DNA of 64,000 nt, taken from positions 124,001-188,000 of the forward strand of contig VJWM01000226.1 of assembly GCA_010909165.1 (NCBI GenBank). Direction: 5' to 3'. Both the position numbers and the translations under genes were made by a program. Origin of the DNA: Anthoceros angustus (lineage: Eukaryota; Plantae; Anthocerotophyta). The stretch's first letter is position 1. Each line of letters begins with the position of its first letter. The notes under the pieces are model-generated. The model searched no databases, was not told where the DNA came from, and saw only the letters and a program-made list of their open reading frames with translations. Shown piece by piece: positions 1 through 14,801 of the stretch.

Positions 1-1321
<1,321 letters not shown>

Positions 1322-1402
1322 GATTACAAAGCTTTGGGTCTAAGCAATATGCAAATGGATGTAATTGATCAACGATAATTTGTAGGATGGTGGTTGAGGC
1401 AC

Positions 1403-1410
1403 ATATATAG
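1403..1410 (-). promoter_or_regulatory. Candidate TATA box of the neprosin gene
   Basis: CTATATAT on the minus strand ~82 nt upstream of the ATG, present in nearly all copies (one base pair shorter near 14160); position-based inference only. Confidence 0.45.
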
Positions 1411-1526
1411 GCATTTTGGGATTTTTCTCGATAATATGGACAAAAGCGAAATAGCTTTGCTCTCTTGGTGTTAGACTAAGCATATCCCTCTCTATGTTAT
1501 GGAGTTTTGAATGATTTCCACGGTCT

Positions 1527-2023
1527 CTACTCAGCGGCTTGTAAGTTGCAACCATGAGTGAGTGGAACAAGGAACCCGTCCCTCTTCAAGCCTTGGTGAA
1601 GAATTTGGCGTTTCTCCATCCGAGCCGTGGGCGACAACCTTGTAAAGGCCATACTTGGAGTAGTTGGTGGTTCCGAGTCATCGGGGATGGTGTCGACTAA
1701 GCGCCATTCAAATACATGTTCACGGCCACACCGTCTTGGTGCCTAGCGTTCACGGTGATCGAGGTGTCGTATACTCCGTTACAGCAGCGATTTGGGATGA
1801 GTAGTAGCACGAGCCGTTGGCGACCATGCCGGAGGCGCATCAAGGGCCGCCGCCCAAGATCTGGAGCGAGGGGTCGTTCGAGGAGCAGAGAACTTGAGCT
1901 CCCCTCGAGCGCATCCCGCTGGTGTAATCATTGTTGTTTGGTTCGAGCGGTGCACGTTGGTGTCGATGATTGCGAACGTTTCCGGTCCACTATAAGAATC
2001 GCAGGTGTTTTCAATGCATTTTA
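1527..2023 (-). CDS. PL7/Alginate_lyase2-fold, citrate-binding-protein-like coding region; 5' end cut by LTR remnant
   Basis: Consensus over copies, ..EIRNNNDYTSG.MRFEG..FQILGDGGPLMRL..GGSLCYYSSQIA..GVYDTSITVNVVH..VNMYLNG..NYSKYGLY, parallels recalled plant CBP motifs RTEIR..DYSSGVWQFEG..MQVFG..LRVYNG..IY..W.RVNVIH..HYFK.GVY. Confidence 0.7.
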
Positions 2024-5000
2024 TGTCTGTCGGATACATGCGACGAGAGGCGAACAAGCGGACAAGCCCGGATGATGGATGCTAGCTATGTGATCGATGC
2101 TAGGCAATTTGCGAGCTAGTGTAGGAAGACGCAGAACGAGCTAGGGTGTGCATTAGGAGCGTGATTGAGGCGGATAGGCCAACCAAGGTTAGGCAAGCAG
2201 ATTAGGGTCCCGGATGACACTAACCTAGCTGCAGATTCTCGACATCGAGGCGAGCATTGCGGGAGAGGACCGTGAAGGAATTCTTGGTGAGATGGGAAGG
2301 CAACCATCAAGAGGACCGGTGGGACTTTGAGGCCTTTATCGAAACTTTTCAACACCTCGGCAAAGGAGGCGGAGAATGAAGAGCGAGGCCCTCCGATGCT
2401 CACTAGAGAAAGGAGGAGGTGTCACGGTCGGATACATGCAAGCTGAGGGGACAAGCGGGACAAGCCGGCTTGATGATAGATGCTAGCTATGTAATCCATA
2501 GCTCAAAAGTGTATGCCTCTACATCTTCGTGTCTTGGTCTCTCGTCTCAGGAATGCCGATTACATTTACAACGTAATTTACAACCTAAAGTTGTAAAAAG
2601 AATGACAGCTTAAATAGGTTGGAAATTTCTTGGCGTGGGAAGATTATCACGTCATAGAGTTGATGGCGTGGCCACATCGACAAATTGGGTGGGTAAGGTA
2701 TTAATAGCACTTACAAGTGCTATTAATACAAGTCTCTCGGAAGGGTCATTCTCCATTAAAGGGGTTTGGGTCCCTAAAGGCCAAAAGTGATCCTCAAAGG
2801 GGCCAAAGCGTATCATCTCCATAAAAGCACTCTTTACACATGTACAAAAATACATTGACCATGTTATTTTTCGCGAACACTTATCTTGTGAGTGCAGGCG
2901 AACAAGGTTCATGGATTTCACCTTCACAAGAAAGGTTCAAGGATCTATGAATGGTGCTAGGAATCCTAGAGACACCTCATCGCGGTGTTTTCAATGCATT
3001 TTATGTCACAATCGGATACATGCAGAGAGCGAACAAGCGAGACAAGCTTGATGATGGATGCTAGCTATGTGATCGAGCTAGACTGCGAGCTAGTGTAGGA
3101 AGGCGACAACGGCGGGCTAGGGTGTGCATTAGGAGCGTGATTGAGGCGAGATAGGCCAACCAAGGTTAGGCAAGCAGATTAGGTGCCGGATGACACTAAC
3201 CTAGCTGCAGATTCTCGACATCGAGAGCGAGCATTGCGGGAGAGGACCGTGAAGGAATTCTTGGTGAGATGGGAAGGCAACCATCAAGAGGACCCGAGTG
3301 GGACCGAGGCCTTTATCGAAACTTTTCAACACCTCGGCAAAATGGAGCGGAGAATGAAGAACGAGGCCCTCCGATGCTCACTAGAGAAAGGAGGAGGGTG
3401 TCACGATCGGATACATGCAACCTGGTGAGGGGACAAGCGGGACAAGCCCGGCTTGATGATAGATGCTAGCTATGTAATCCATAGCTCAAAGTGTATGCCT
3501 CTACATCTTGTGTCTTGGTCTCTCGTCTCAGGAATGCCGATTACATTTTAGCGTAATTTACAACCTAAAGTTGTAAAAAGAATGACACAAATAGGTTGGA
3601 AATTTGCTGCGTGGGAAGATTATCACGTCATAGAGTTGATGGCGTGGCGGCCACATCGGCAAATTGGGTGGTATTAATAGCACTTACAAGTGCTATTAAT
3701 ACAAGTCTCCGGAAGGGTCATTCTCCATTAAAGGGGTTTGGGTCCCTAAAGGCCAAAAGTGATCCTCCAAAAGGGGCCAAAACGTATCATCTCCATAAAA
3801 GCACTCTTTACACATGTACAAAAATACATTGACCATGTTATTTTTTCGCGAACACTTATCTTGTGAGTGCAGGCGAACAAGGTTCGCGGATTTCACCTTC
3901 ACAAGAAAGGGATTTCAAGGATCTATGAATGGTGCTAGGAATCCTAGAGACACCTCTTCGCGGTGATGATTTCCTATCAAGGTGAATAGTAGGCAAGCCA
4001 AACCAAACTAGTCCAAAGAAGGCAAACTACGGACGTCGGCACTTAACCAACAACGCAAAAGAAGAACTCCCAAGCCGATCTGAAGCAACTACGTTGGACG
4101 TCGCGCAATTGTGAAGGACATCAACCGGCCTAATCAAGGCCATCTCGAGAGGGACCAACTACATTTGTAAAACAGCGAGACGTTTGGCGCAATGTGAGTA
4201 CATAGCCACAGGAACTCCATTGTTAGAGTGCAAAACAAAGGAAGGGCGGGGCAATGCGCCGGACGTAAGGCGCATTGCTTGTCTGCGAAACTGCGCCGGA
4301 CGTCTTGGAGACCCCGATCTTGCGGACGTCCAGGCGCATTTCTGACTCTACGATCTTCTTTGGGCGTCAAGCGTGATGGAAGTGGTGGAGTGGATCATGG
4401 ACGTCCGGCGCATTTGTATATGAATTACTTCTATATGATGTAAGAACGCTTTGAGTGCGTAGGGGTGTAGATAGACCAATCAACATAAGAGTTCCAAGGT
4501 TCAGCAACGGATTGGATCGATTCTAGGATGGGGTGCGTTGTAAGTGGTTTGAAAACTTTGCAAGAACTCCACTATTAAGCAACATGGCGTAATCGATCTT
4601 GGGATGGGGTGCTGATTTTGAGTGGTTTGAAAATTTTGTAAATCATCCCGGTATCTAGGCGTAAAGTCCGGAATATTGTTTTGAAAGTCATTCATTGGTT
4701 GATGTTATGTTCCCACATTCCCTTTGTAAATAACATCTAAAAACTTTTCGGCCTTACTCTATGTGCTCTATCTACGACTTGCGGATGGATCTTTTCGATA
4801 GGTGCACGAATGTTCAGCTCATTCGAGTTTGGGCATATAGATGCATGGGCGTTGGTTTCTAGATGAGGTACATTTTCAAAATTTGACATGTGTAATGGTG
4901 GTTTCGATGGCCAACCTTTTGAAGGCGACAATGTTTCACAATGTTTTGCGAAAGTAAGAAAATAAAGAGAATAGATGATCCGTCTTAAGTAATGTGAAGA

Positions 5001-5234
5001 TATCACGATGTAGGAGAAATATCGAAGGAGACACTTGAAATACAAACCGGTTTTCAAATCCAAGAATAAGTGAAAGCAATTGTGTATAAAGGCGACTATA
5101 TCTAGGAAGTTGTCATATTTGAATTAAATCATGAGTAAAACATTAAACTTTCAAAACTTTAAACACGGAATGCATATGCTTTGAAACTACAAAAATATTG
5201 TTTCACAACTTCAAATTTCTAGATTCATTTTCAT

Positions 5235-7308
<2,074 letters not shown>

Positions 7309-7524
7309 GATTACAAAGCTTTGGGTCTAAGCAATATGCAAATGGATGTAATTGATCAGCGATAATTTGTAGGATGGTGGTTGAGGCACATATATAGGCA
7401 TTTTGGGATTTTTTCTCGATAATATGGACAAAAGCGAAATAGCTTTGCTCTCTTGGTGTTAGACTAAGCATATCCCTCTCTATGTTATGGAGTTTTGAAT
7501 GATTTCCCACGGTCTCTACTCAAC

Positions 7525-8112
7525 TTACATGCCATCCAACTTGAGCTAAATTTATAGAATCGATATGCGTGTCGAACAAATAAAATAGAGGCATAGGAGT
7601 TTGAGTAATCTGATGTTGGGTTATGAGATGGTTGCCAAGCTAATTCTAGATCCTCCTCCATTGAATGTTCCATGAACATTGCCAACTACATATCTTGCAC
7701 AATTAAAAGGTGAACTTGGTCAAGTATTGATGAAGAAAGGAAATATAGTCTCAAATTGTAATATATACGATGGTTTAATGAATATAGTGAAATTATGACA
7801 TACATGAGTTAGCTCGTCGGCGTCGCTTTCAATATTAGCAAAATTGCTAGAGGTATTCTTGCTTTGATCGATGAAAGAATTGCGGAGGATGTGCTGCTTT
7901 GATCAATAAAACCCTCCTGCGTCATAGGCCGTTGTATAGGGATAGTTCCTTGGGGCATGATCCTACTTCTACATGATAGAGCTGCTTAGGACGTCGCACC
8001 CCATTTGCTGATATTTGTAATTGGGATAACTCTAGAGGTGGTTTACGCAACATGTCAACAGAGTTCCATACTTTGCTACAACGACAACAACAACAACAAC
8101 AACAACAACAAC

Positions 8113-8209
<97 letters not shown>

Positions 8210-8674
8210 AAAAAACAACAACAACAACAAAAACAACAACAATAATAATAATAATAATAACAATAGTAGCTGCATATATCGATAACTATAGTTGACATAA
8301 AAAATGAAAAAGAGTCATACGCGTGTGAACCCACATACTTGAATCACATGATCTTTAAAAGATGGATGTTGTAAAGTCGGTGGTGTTCCACCTTCACACA
8401 ATCTACTATAGTGCCATCGAGAGCGCAACATAAACAAGATAAAGCAATTGAGTATCTTACATTGCATATAATAAAGATGCCATGAAAAGGTACCAAGAGA
8501 TAGTGGAGTATAGTATATACATTATGGGATTCCACAAATGGCACATGAACATTCAAGTCCAAAGCACCATCCCGGGATGAGGGAAACTTATTTTGAGCAT
8601 TCGCATGACTAGCATATGAAATGCACAAAGATAACAAACATCAACCCCAACACTAAAGTTACGGTAAGCTTCAT
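7525..8674 (-). pseudogene. Partial neprosin duplicate (exons 1-4 only)
   Basis: Copy of ~6150-7308 created by a jump at 7522-7524; lacks the 3' exons. Confidence 0.8.
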
Positions 8675-8878
8675 GATTACAAAGCTTTGGGTCTAAGCAA
8701 TATGCAAATGGATGTAATTGATCGATAATTTGTAGGATGGTGGTTGAGGCACATATATAGGCATTTTGGGATTTTTTCTCGATAATATGGACAAAAGCGA
8801 AATAGCTTTGCTCTCTTGGTGTTAGACTAAGCATATCCCTCTCTATGTTATGGAGTTTTGAATGATTTCCCACGGTCT

Positions 8879-9389
8879 CTACTCAGCGGCTTGTAAGTTG
8901 CAACCATGAGTGGAGTGGAACAAGGAACCCGTCCCTCTTCAAGCCTTGGTGAAGAATTTGGCGTTTCTCCAGCGATCCCAGCCGTGGGCGACAACCTTGT
9001 AAAGGCCATACTTGGAGTAGTTGGTGGTTCCGCCAGAAGTCATCGGGGATGGTGTCGACTAGCGCCATTCAAATACATGTTCACGGCCACCGTCTTTGGT
9101 GCCTAGCGTTCACGGTGATCGAGGTGTCGTATACTCCCGTTACAGCAGTAGCGATTTGGGATGAGTAGTAGCACGAGAGCCACCGTTGGCGCCCATGCCG
9201 GGCGCATCAAGGGCGCCGTCGTCAGATGGAGCAGACGGGTCGTTCGAGGAGCAGAACTTGAGCTCCCCTCGGCGCATCCGCCCGCTGGTGTAATCATTGT
9301 TGTTTGGTTCGAGCGGTGCACGTTGGTGTCGATGATTGCGAACGCTTCCGGTCCACTATAAGAATCGCGGTGTTTTTCAATGCATTTTA
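8879..9389 (-). CDS. PL7/citrate-binding-protein-like coding region
   Basis: Copy of 1527-2023. Confidence 0.7.
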
Positions 9390-12039
9390 TGTCAATCGGA
9401 TACATGCAGACGAGAGGCGAACAAGCGGACAAGCCGGCTTGATGATGGATGCTAGCTATGTGATCGTAGCTAGGATTTGCGAGCTAGTGTAGGAAGGCGA
9501 CGGCGAGCTAGGGTGTGCATTAGGAGCGTGATTGAGGCGAGATAGGCCAACCAAGGTTAGGCAACCGGCAGATTAGGTGACCGGATGACACTAACCTAGC
9601 TGCGATTCTCGACATCGAGAGCGAGCATTGCGGAGAGGACCGTGAAGGAATTCTTGGTGAGATGGGAAGGCAACCATCAAGAGGACCCATTTGGGACGAG
9701 GCCTTTATCGAAACTTTTCAACACCTCGGCCAAAATGAGAATGAGCGAGGCCCTCCACAGTGCTCACTAGAGAAAGGAGGAGGGTGTCACGGTCAGATAC
9801 ATGCAAACTGGGAGGGGACAAGCGGACAAGCCGACTTGATGATGCTAGCTATGTAATCCATAGCTCAAAGTGTATGCCTCTACATCTTCGTGTCTTGGTC
9901 TCGTCTCAGGAATGCCGATTACATTTTAGCGTAATTTACAACCTAAAGTTGTAAAAAGAATGACTTAAATAGGTTGGAAATTTGCTGACGTGGCGGGGAA
10001 GATTATCACGTCATAGAGTTGATGGCGTGGCGGCCACATCGACAAATTGGGTGGTAAATATTAATAGCACTTACAAGTGCTATTAATACAAATCTCTCGG
10101 AAAGGGTCATTCTCCATTAAAGGGGTTTGGGTCCCTAAAGGCCAAAAGTGATCCTCAAAGGGGCCAAAGCGTATCATCTCCATAAAAGCACTCTTTACAC
10201 ATGTACAAAAATACATTGACCATGTTATTTTTTCGCGAACACTTATCTTGTGAGTGCAGGCCGAACAAGGTTCATGGATTTCACCTTCACAAGAAAGGTT
10301 CAAGGATCTATGAATGGTGCTAGAATCCTAGAGACACCTCATCGCGGTGTGATGTTTCCTATCAAGGTGAATAGTAGGCAAGCCAAACCAAACTAGTCCA
10401 AAGAAGGCAAACTACGGACGTCCGACGCAACCAACAACGCAAAGAAGAACTCCCAAGCCGTCTGAAGCAACTACGTTGGACGTCGCGCAATTGTGAGAGG
10501 ACATCAGCAAGCGGCCTAATCAAGGCCATCTCGAGAGGGACCAACTACATTTGTAAGAAAGCGGACGTTTGGCGCAATGTGAGTACATAGCCACAGGAAC
10601 TCCATTGTTAGAGTGCAAAACAAAGGAAGGAGGCGGGGCAATCTCGGACGTGGGGGCGCATTTCGTCTGCGAGCTGTGGACGTCTTGGAGACCCCGATCT
10701 TGCCGGACGTCCGGCGCATTTTCTTGGCGACTACGATCTTGGGCGTCCAGCGTGATGGAAGTGGTGGAGTGGATCATGGACGTCCGCGCATTTGTATATG
10801 AATTACTTCTATATGATGTAGGCGTACGCTTTGATGCGTAGGGGTGTAGATAGACCAATCAACATAAGAGTTCCAAGGTTCAGCAACACGGGATTGGATC
10901 GATTCTAGGATGGGGTGCTTGGTGTAAGTGGTTTGAAAACTTTGCAAGAACTCCACTATTAAGCAACATGGCGTGGGTCGATCTTGGGATGGGGTGCTGA
11001 TTTTGAGTGGTTTGAAAATTTTGTAAATCATCCCGGTATCTAGGCGTAAAGTCCGGAATATTGTTTTGAAAGTCATTCATTGGTTGATGTTATGTTCCCA
11101 CATTCCCTTTGTAAATAACATCTAAAACTTTTCGGCCTTACTCTATGTGCTCTATCTACGACTTGCGGATGGATCTTTTCGATAGGTGCACCAATGTTCA
11201 GCTCATTCGAGTTTGACGCATATAGATGCATGGGCGTTGGTTTCTAGATGAGGTACATTTTCCAAAATTTGACATGTGTAATGGTGGTTTCGATGGCCAA
11301 CCTTTTGAAGACGACAATGTTTCACAATGTTTTGCGGTGAAAGTAAGAAAATAAAGAGAATAGATGATCCGTCTTAAGTAATGTGAAGATATCACGATGT
11401 AGGAGAAATATGAAAGGAGACACTTGAAATACAAACCGGTTTTCAAATCCAAGAATAAGTGAAAGCAATTGTGTATAAGACGACTATATCTAGGAAGTTG
11501 TCATATTTGAATTAAATCATGAGTAAAACATTAAACTTTCAAAACTTTTCGGCCTTACTCTATGTGCTCTATCTACGACTTGCGGATGGATCTTTTCGAT
11601 AGGTGCACGAATGTTCAGCTCATTCGAGTTTGACGCATATAGATGCATGGGCGTTGGTTTCTAGATGAGGTACATTTTCCAAAATTTGACATGTGTAATG
11701 GTGGTTTCGATGGCCAACCTTTTGAAGACGACAATGTTTCACAATGTTTTGCGGTGAAAGTAAGAAAATAAAGAGAATAGATGATCCGTCTTAAGTAATG
11801 TGAAGATATCACGGTAGGAGAAATATGCGAAAGGAGACACTTGAAATACAAACCGGTTTTCAAATCCAAGAATAAGTGAAAGCAATTGTGTATAAGACGA
11901 CTATATCTAGGAAGTTGTCATATTTGAATTAAATCATGAGTAAAACATTAAACTTTCAAAACTTTAAACACGGAATGCATATGCTTTGAAACTACAAAAA
12001 TATTGTTTCACAACTTCAAATTTCTAGATTCATTTTCAT

Positions 12040-13508
12040 TTAGAGCCTGGTCCACCGAAAACATCCAAACACCACCGCTACACGGTTGGGGTACTTGACC
12101 CGTGTAAACCTTGCCATTATAATTGCTAGTAGCATCTTGGGCGAGTTCAACGTCATTAGCGTCATATGCAACAAGTACTCCCTTGTCATCCAAGTGCGTG
12201 TAATGTAAAATGGCTTGATGAGCTGGTGTATCAATAGTGTCACCGCCTATTGGACCATTAGCATCTACACCGTACCTTCCATTTCCCATTTGTACTTTGG
12301 AATCTGGACTTGACATGAAAACGTCTCCCCATTGTACAATAGTTGCATAATGGTCTTTGAGCGAATTGAATATGGAAGCTGGCCAATAACCAACATTTGC
12401 TCCTTCAATTGCTAACCACAAATCTCCATTGGTTGTAGGCTGCATTACAACATATCATAAATTAGAATAAGTTAGAAGAAATAGTATGAAATATGTCAAG
12501 TCCATATTAGAAGTTTCGTAAGAATACTACCTAGCTAGAACGCCCCAAGAAGAAAACATTTGTTCCTTCAATTGCTATAACTTACCTTATTAATCTTGTA
12601 TAGCATGCTTGTACCTACATAATTGCGGTGAATGCACCACCAAATACATATGTGGGATCCGTTTGCACAAATCCGGTACATAGGTTGAAGCAGCCATTGC
12701 CGTTGTCACCGCTCAAAGGAACAAATGATACAAAGTTAATGATTCATATACATCCTAATAAAGCGTTGAAATTTCATGTGTTGATGATCACATACCGTCC
12801 ATCTTATGAACAAACGAGGTGCAACATCTTGTGAATATAATGATGGATACACGAAAAATATAAATTTTCATAGAGAAGTCAATTAACATGTCATAACACC
12901 ATGAGATATAAAATAATGCAAGAAGAAAATTGATGGATTTGTAAAATAATAACACATGCCATCCAACTTGAGCTAAATTTATAGAATCGATATGCGTGTC
13001 GACGGCAAATAAAATAGAGACGTGGGAGTTTGAGTAACTGCTGATGTTGGGTTAACGGATGGTTGCCAAAAGCTAATTCTAGATCCTCCTCCATTGAATG
13101 TTCCATGAACATTGCCAACTATCTTGCACAATTAAAAGGTGAACTTGGTCAAGTATTCAAGAAAGGAAATATAGTCTCAAATTGTAATATATCGATGGTT
13201 TAATGAATATAGTGAAATTATGACATACATGAGTTAGCTCACGACGTCGCTTTCAATATTAGCAAAATTGCTAGAGGTATTCTTGCTTTGATCGATGAAA
13301 GAATTGCGGAGGATGTGCCCGCTTTGATCAATAAAACCCTCCTGCGTCATAGGCGTTGTATAGGGATAGTTCCTTGGGGCATGATCCTACTTCTACATGA
13401 TAGAGCTTAGGACGTCGCACCCCATTTGCTGATATTTGTAATTGGGATAACTCTAGAGGTGGTTTACGCAACATGTCAACAACAGGAGTTCCATACTTTG
13501 CTACAACG

Positions 13509-13581
<73 letters not shown>

Positions 13582-13613
13582 AAAAAAACAACAACAACAA
13601 CAAAAACAACAAC

Positions 13614-13645
<32 letters not shown>

Positions 13646-14076
13646 TAGTAGCTGCATATATCGATAACTATAGTTGACATAAAAAATGAAAAAGGCGGAG
13701 TCATACGCGTGTGAACCCACATACTTGAATCACATGATCTTTAAAAGATGGATGTTGTAAAGTCGGTGGTGTTCCACCTTCACACAATCTACTATAGTGC
13801 CATCGGAGGCTGCAACATAAACAAGATAAAAGCAATTGAGTATCTTACATTGCATATAATAAAGATGCCATGAAAAAGGTACCAAGAGATAGTGGAGTAT
13901 AGTATATACATTATGGGATTCCACAAATGGCACATGAACATTCAAGTCCAAAGCACCATCCCGGGATGGGGCGAGGAAACTTATTTTTGAGCATTCGGCG
14001 CATGACTAGCATATGAGAAATGCACAAAGATAACAAACATCAACCCCAACACTAAAGTTGCAGTAAATGACTTCAT
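12040..14076 (-). CDS. Neprosin-family gene, full-length copy
   Basis: ORF 12008..12445 gives the last exon nearly intact (PTTNGDLWLAIEGANVGYWPASIFNSLKDHYATIVQWGDVFMSSPDSKVQMGNG); the start reads MKSFTATLVLGLMFVIFVHFSYASH. Confidence 0.85.
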
Positions 14077-14279
14077 GATTACAAAGCTTTGGGTCTAAGC
14101 AATATGCAAATGGATGTAATTGATCACGATAATTTGTAGGATGGTGGTTGAGGCACATATAGGCATTTTGGGATTTTTTCTCGATAATATGGACAAAAGC
14201 GAAATAGCTTTGCTCTCTTGGTGTTAGACTAAGCATATCCCTCTCTATGTTATGGAGTTTTGAATGATTTCCACGGTCT

Positions 14280-14801
14280 CTACTCAACGGCTTGTAAGTT
14301 GCAACCATGAGTGAGTGGAACAAGGAACCCGTCCCTCTTCAAGCCTTGGTGAAGAATTTGACGCTTCTCCACCGATCCCGAGCCGTGGGCGACAACCTTG
14401 TAAAGGCCATACTTGGAGTAGTTGGTGGTTCCCGCTAGAAGTCGAGGATGGTGTCGACTAGCGCGCCATTCAAATACATGTTCACGGCCACACCGCGGCC
14501 GGGTGCACAACGCTCACGGTGATCGAGGTGTCGTATACTCCCGTTACAACGGTAGCGATTTGGGATGAGTAGTAGCACAGAGCCACCGCTGGCGCCCATG
14601 CCGGAGGCGCATCAAGGGGCCGCCGCCCAAGATCTGGAAGATGCGGTCGTTCGAGAGGCGAGAACTTGAGCTCCCCTCGACCTGCAGCCAGCTGGTGTAA
14701 TCATTGTTGTTTCGGATTTCGAGCGGTGCACGTTGGTGTCGATGATTGCGAACGCTTCTGTGGTCCACTATAAGAATCGCGGTGTTTTTCAATGCATTTT
14801 A
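14280..14801 (-). CDS. PL7/citrate-binding-protein-like coding region
   Basis: ORFs 14544..14792 (EIRNNNDYT..FQILGGGPLMRL) and 14280..14510 (NYSKYGLYKVVAHGSG). Confidence 0.7.

Noticed and set aside
1340-1570. In-frame PL7-neprosin fusion through the intergenic ORF
   Set aside because: The intergenic ORF is in a different frame from the PL7 C-terminus and ends in a stop before the neprosin ATG.
4470-5230. ORFs in the spacer downstream of neprosin (e.g. MDLKTGLYFK.., KWFENFARTP..)
   Set aside because: Short, inconsistent between copies and no recognisable family; more likely 3' UTR or spacer.
10440-10560. Myb/SANT-like reading (LRWTS..LIKAISRG) in the palindrome block
   Set aside because: Only one Trp motif, and the frame differs among copies; not supportable.
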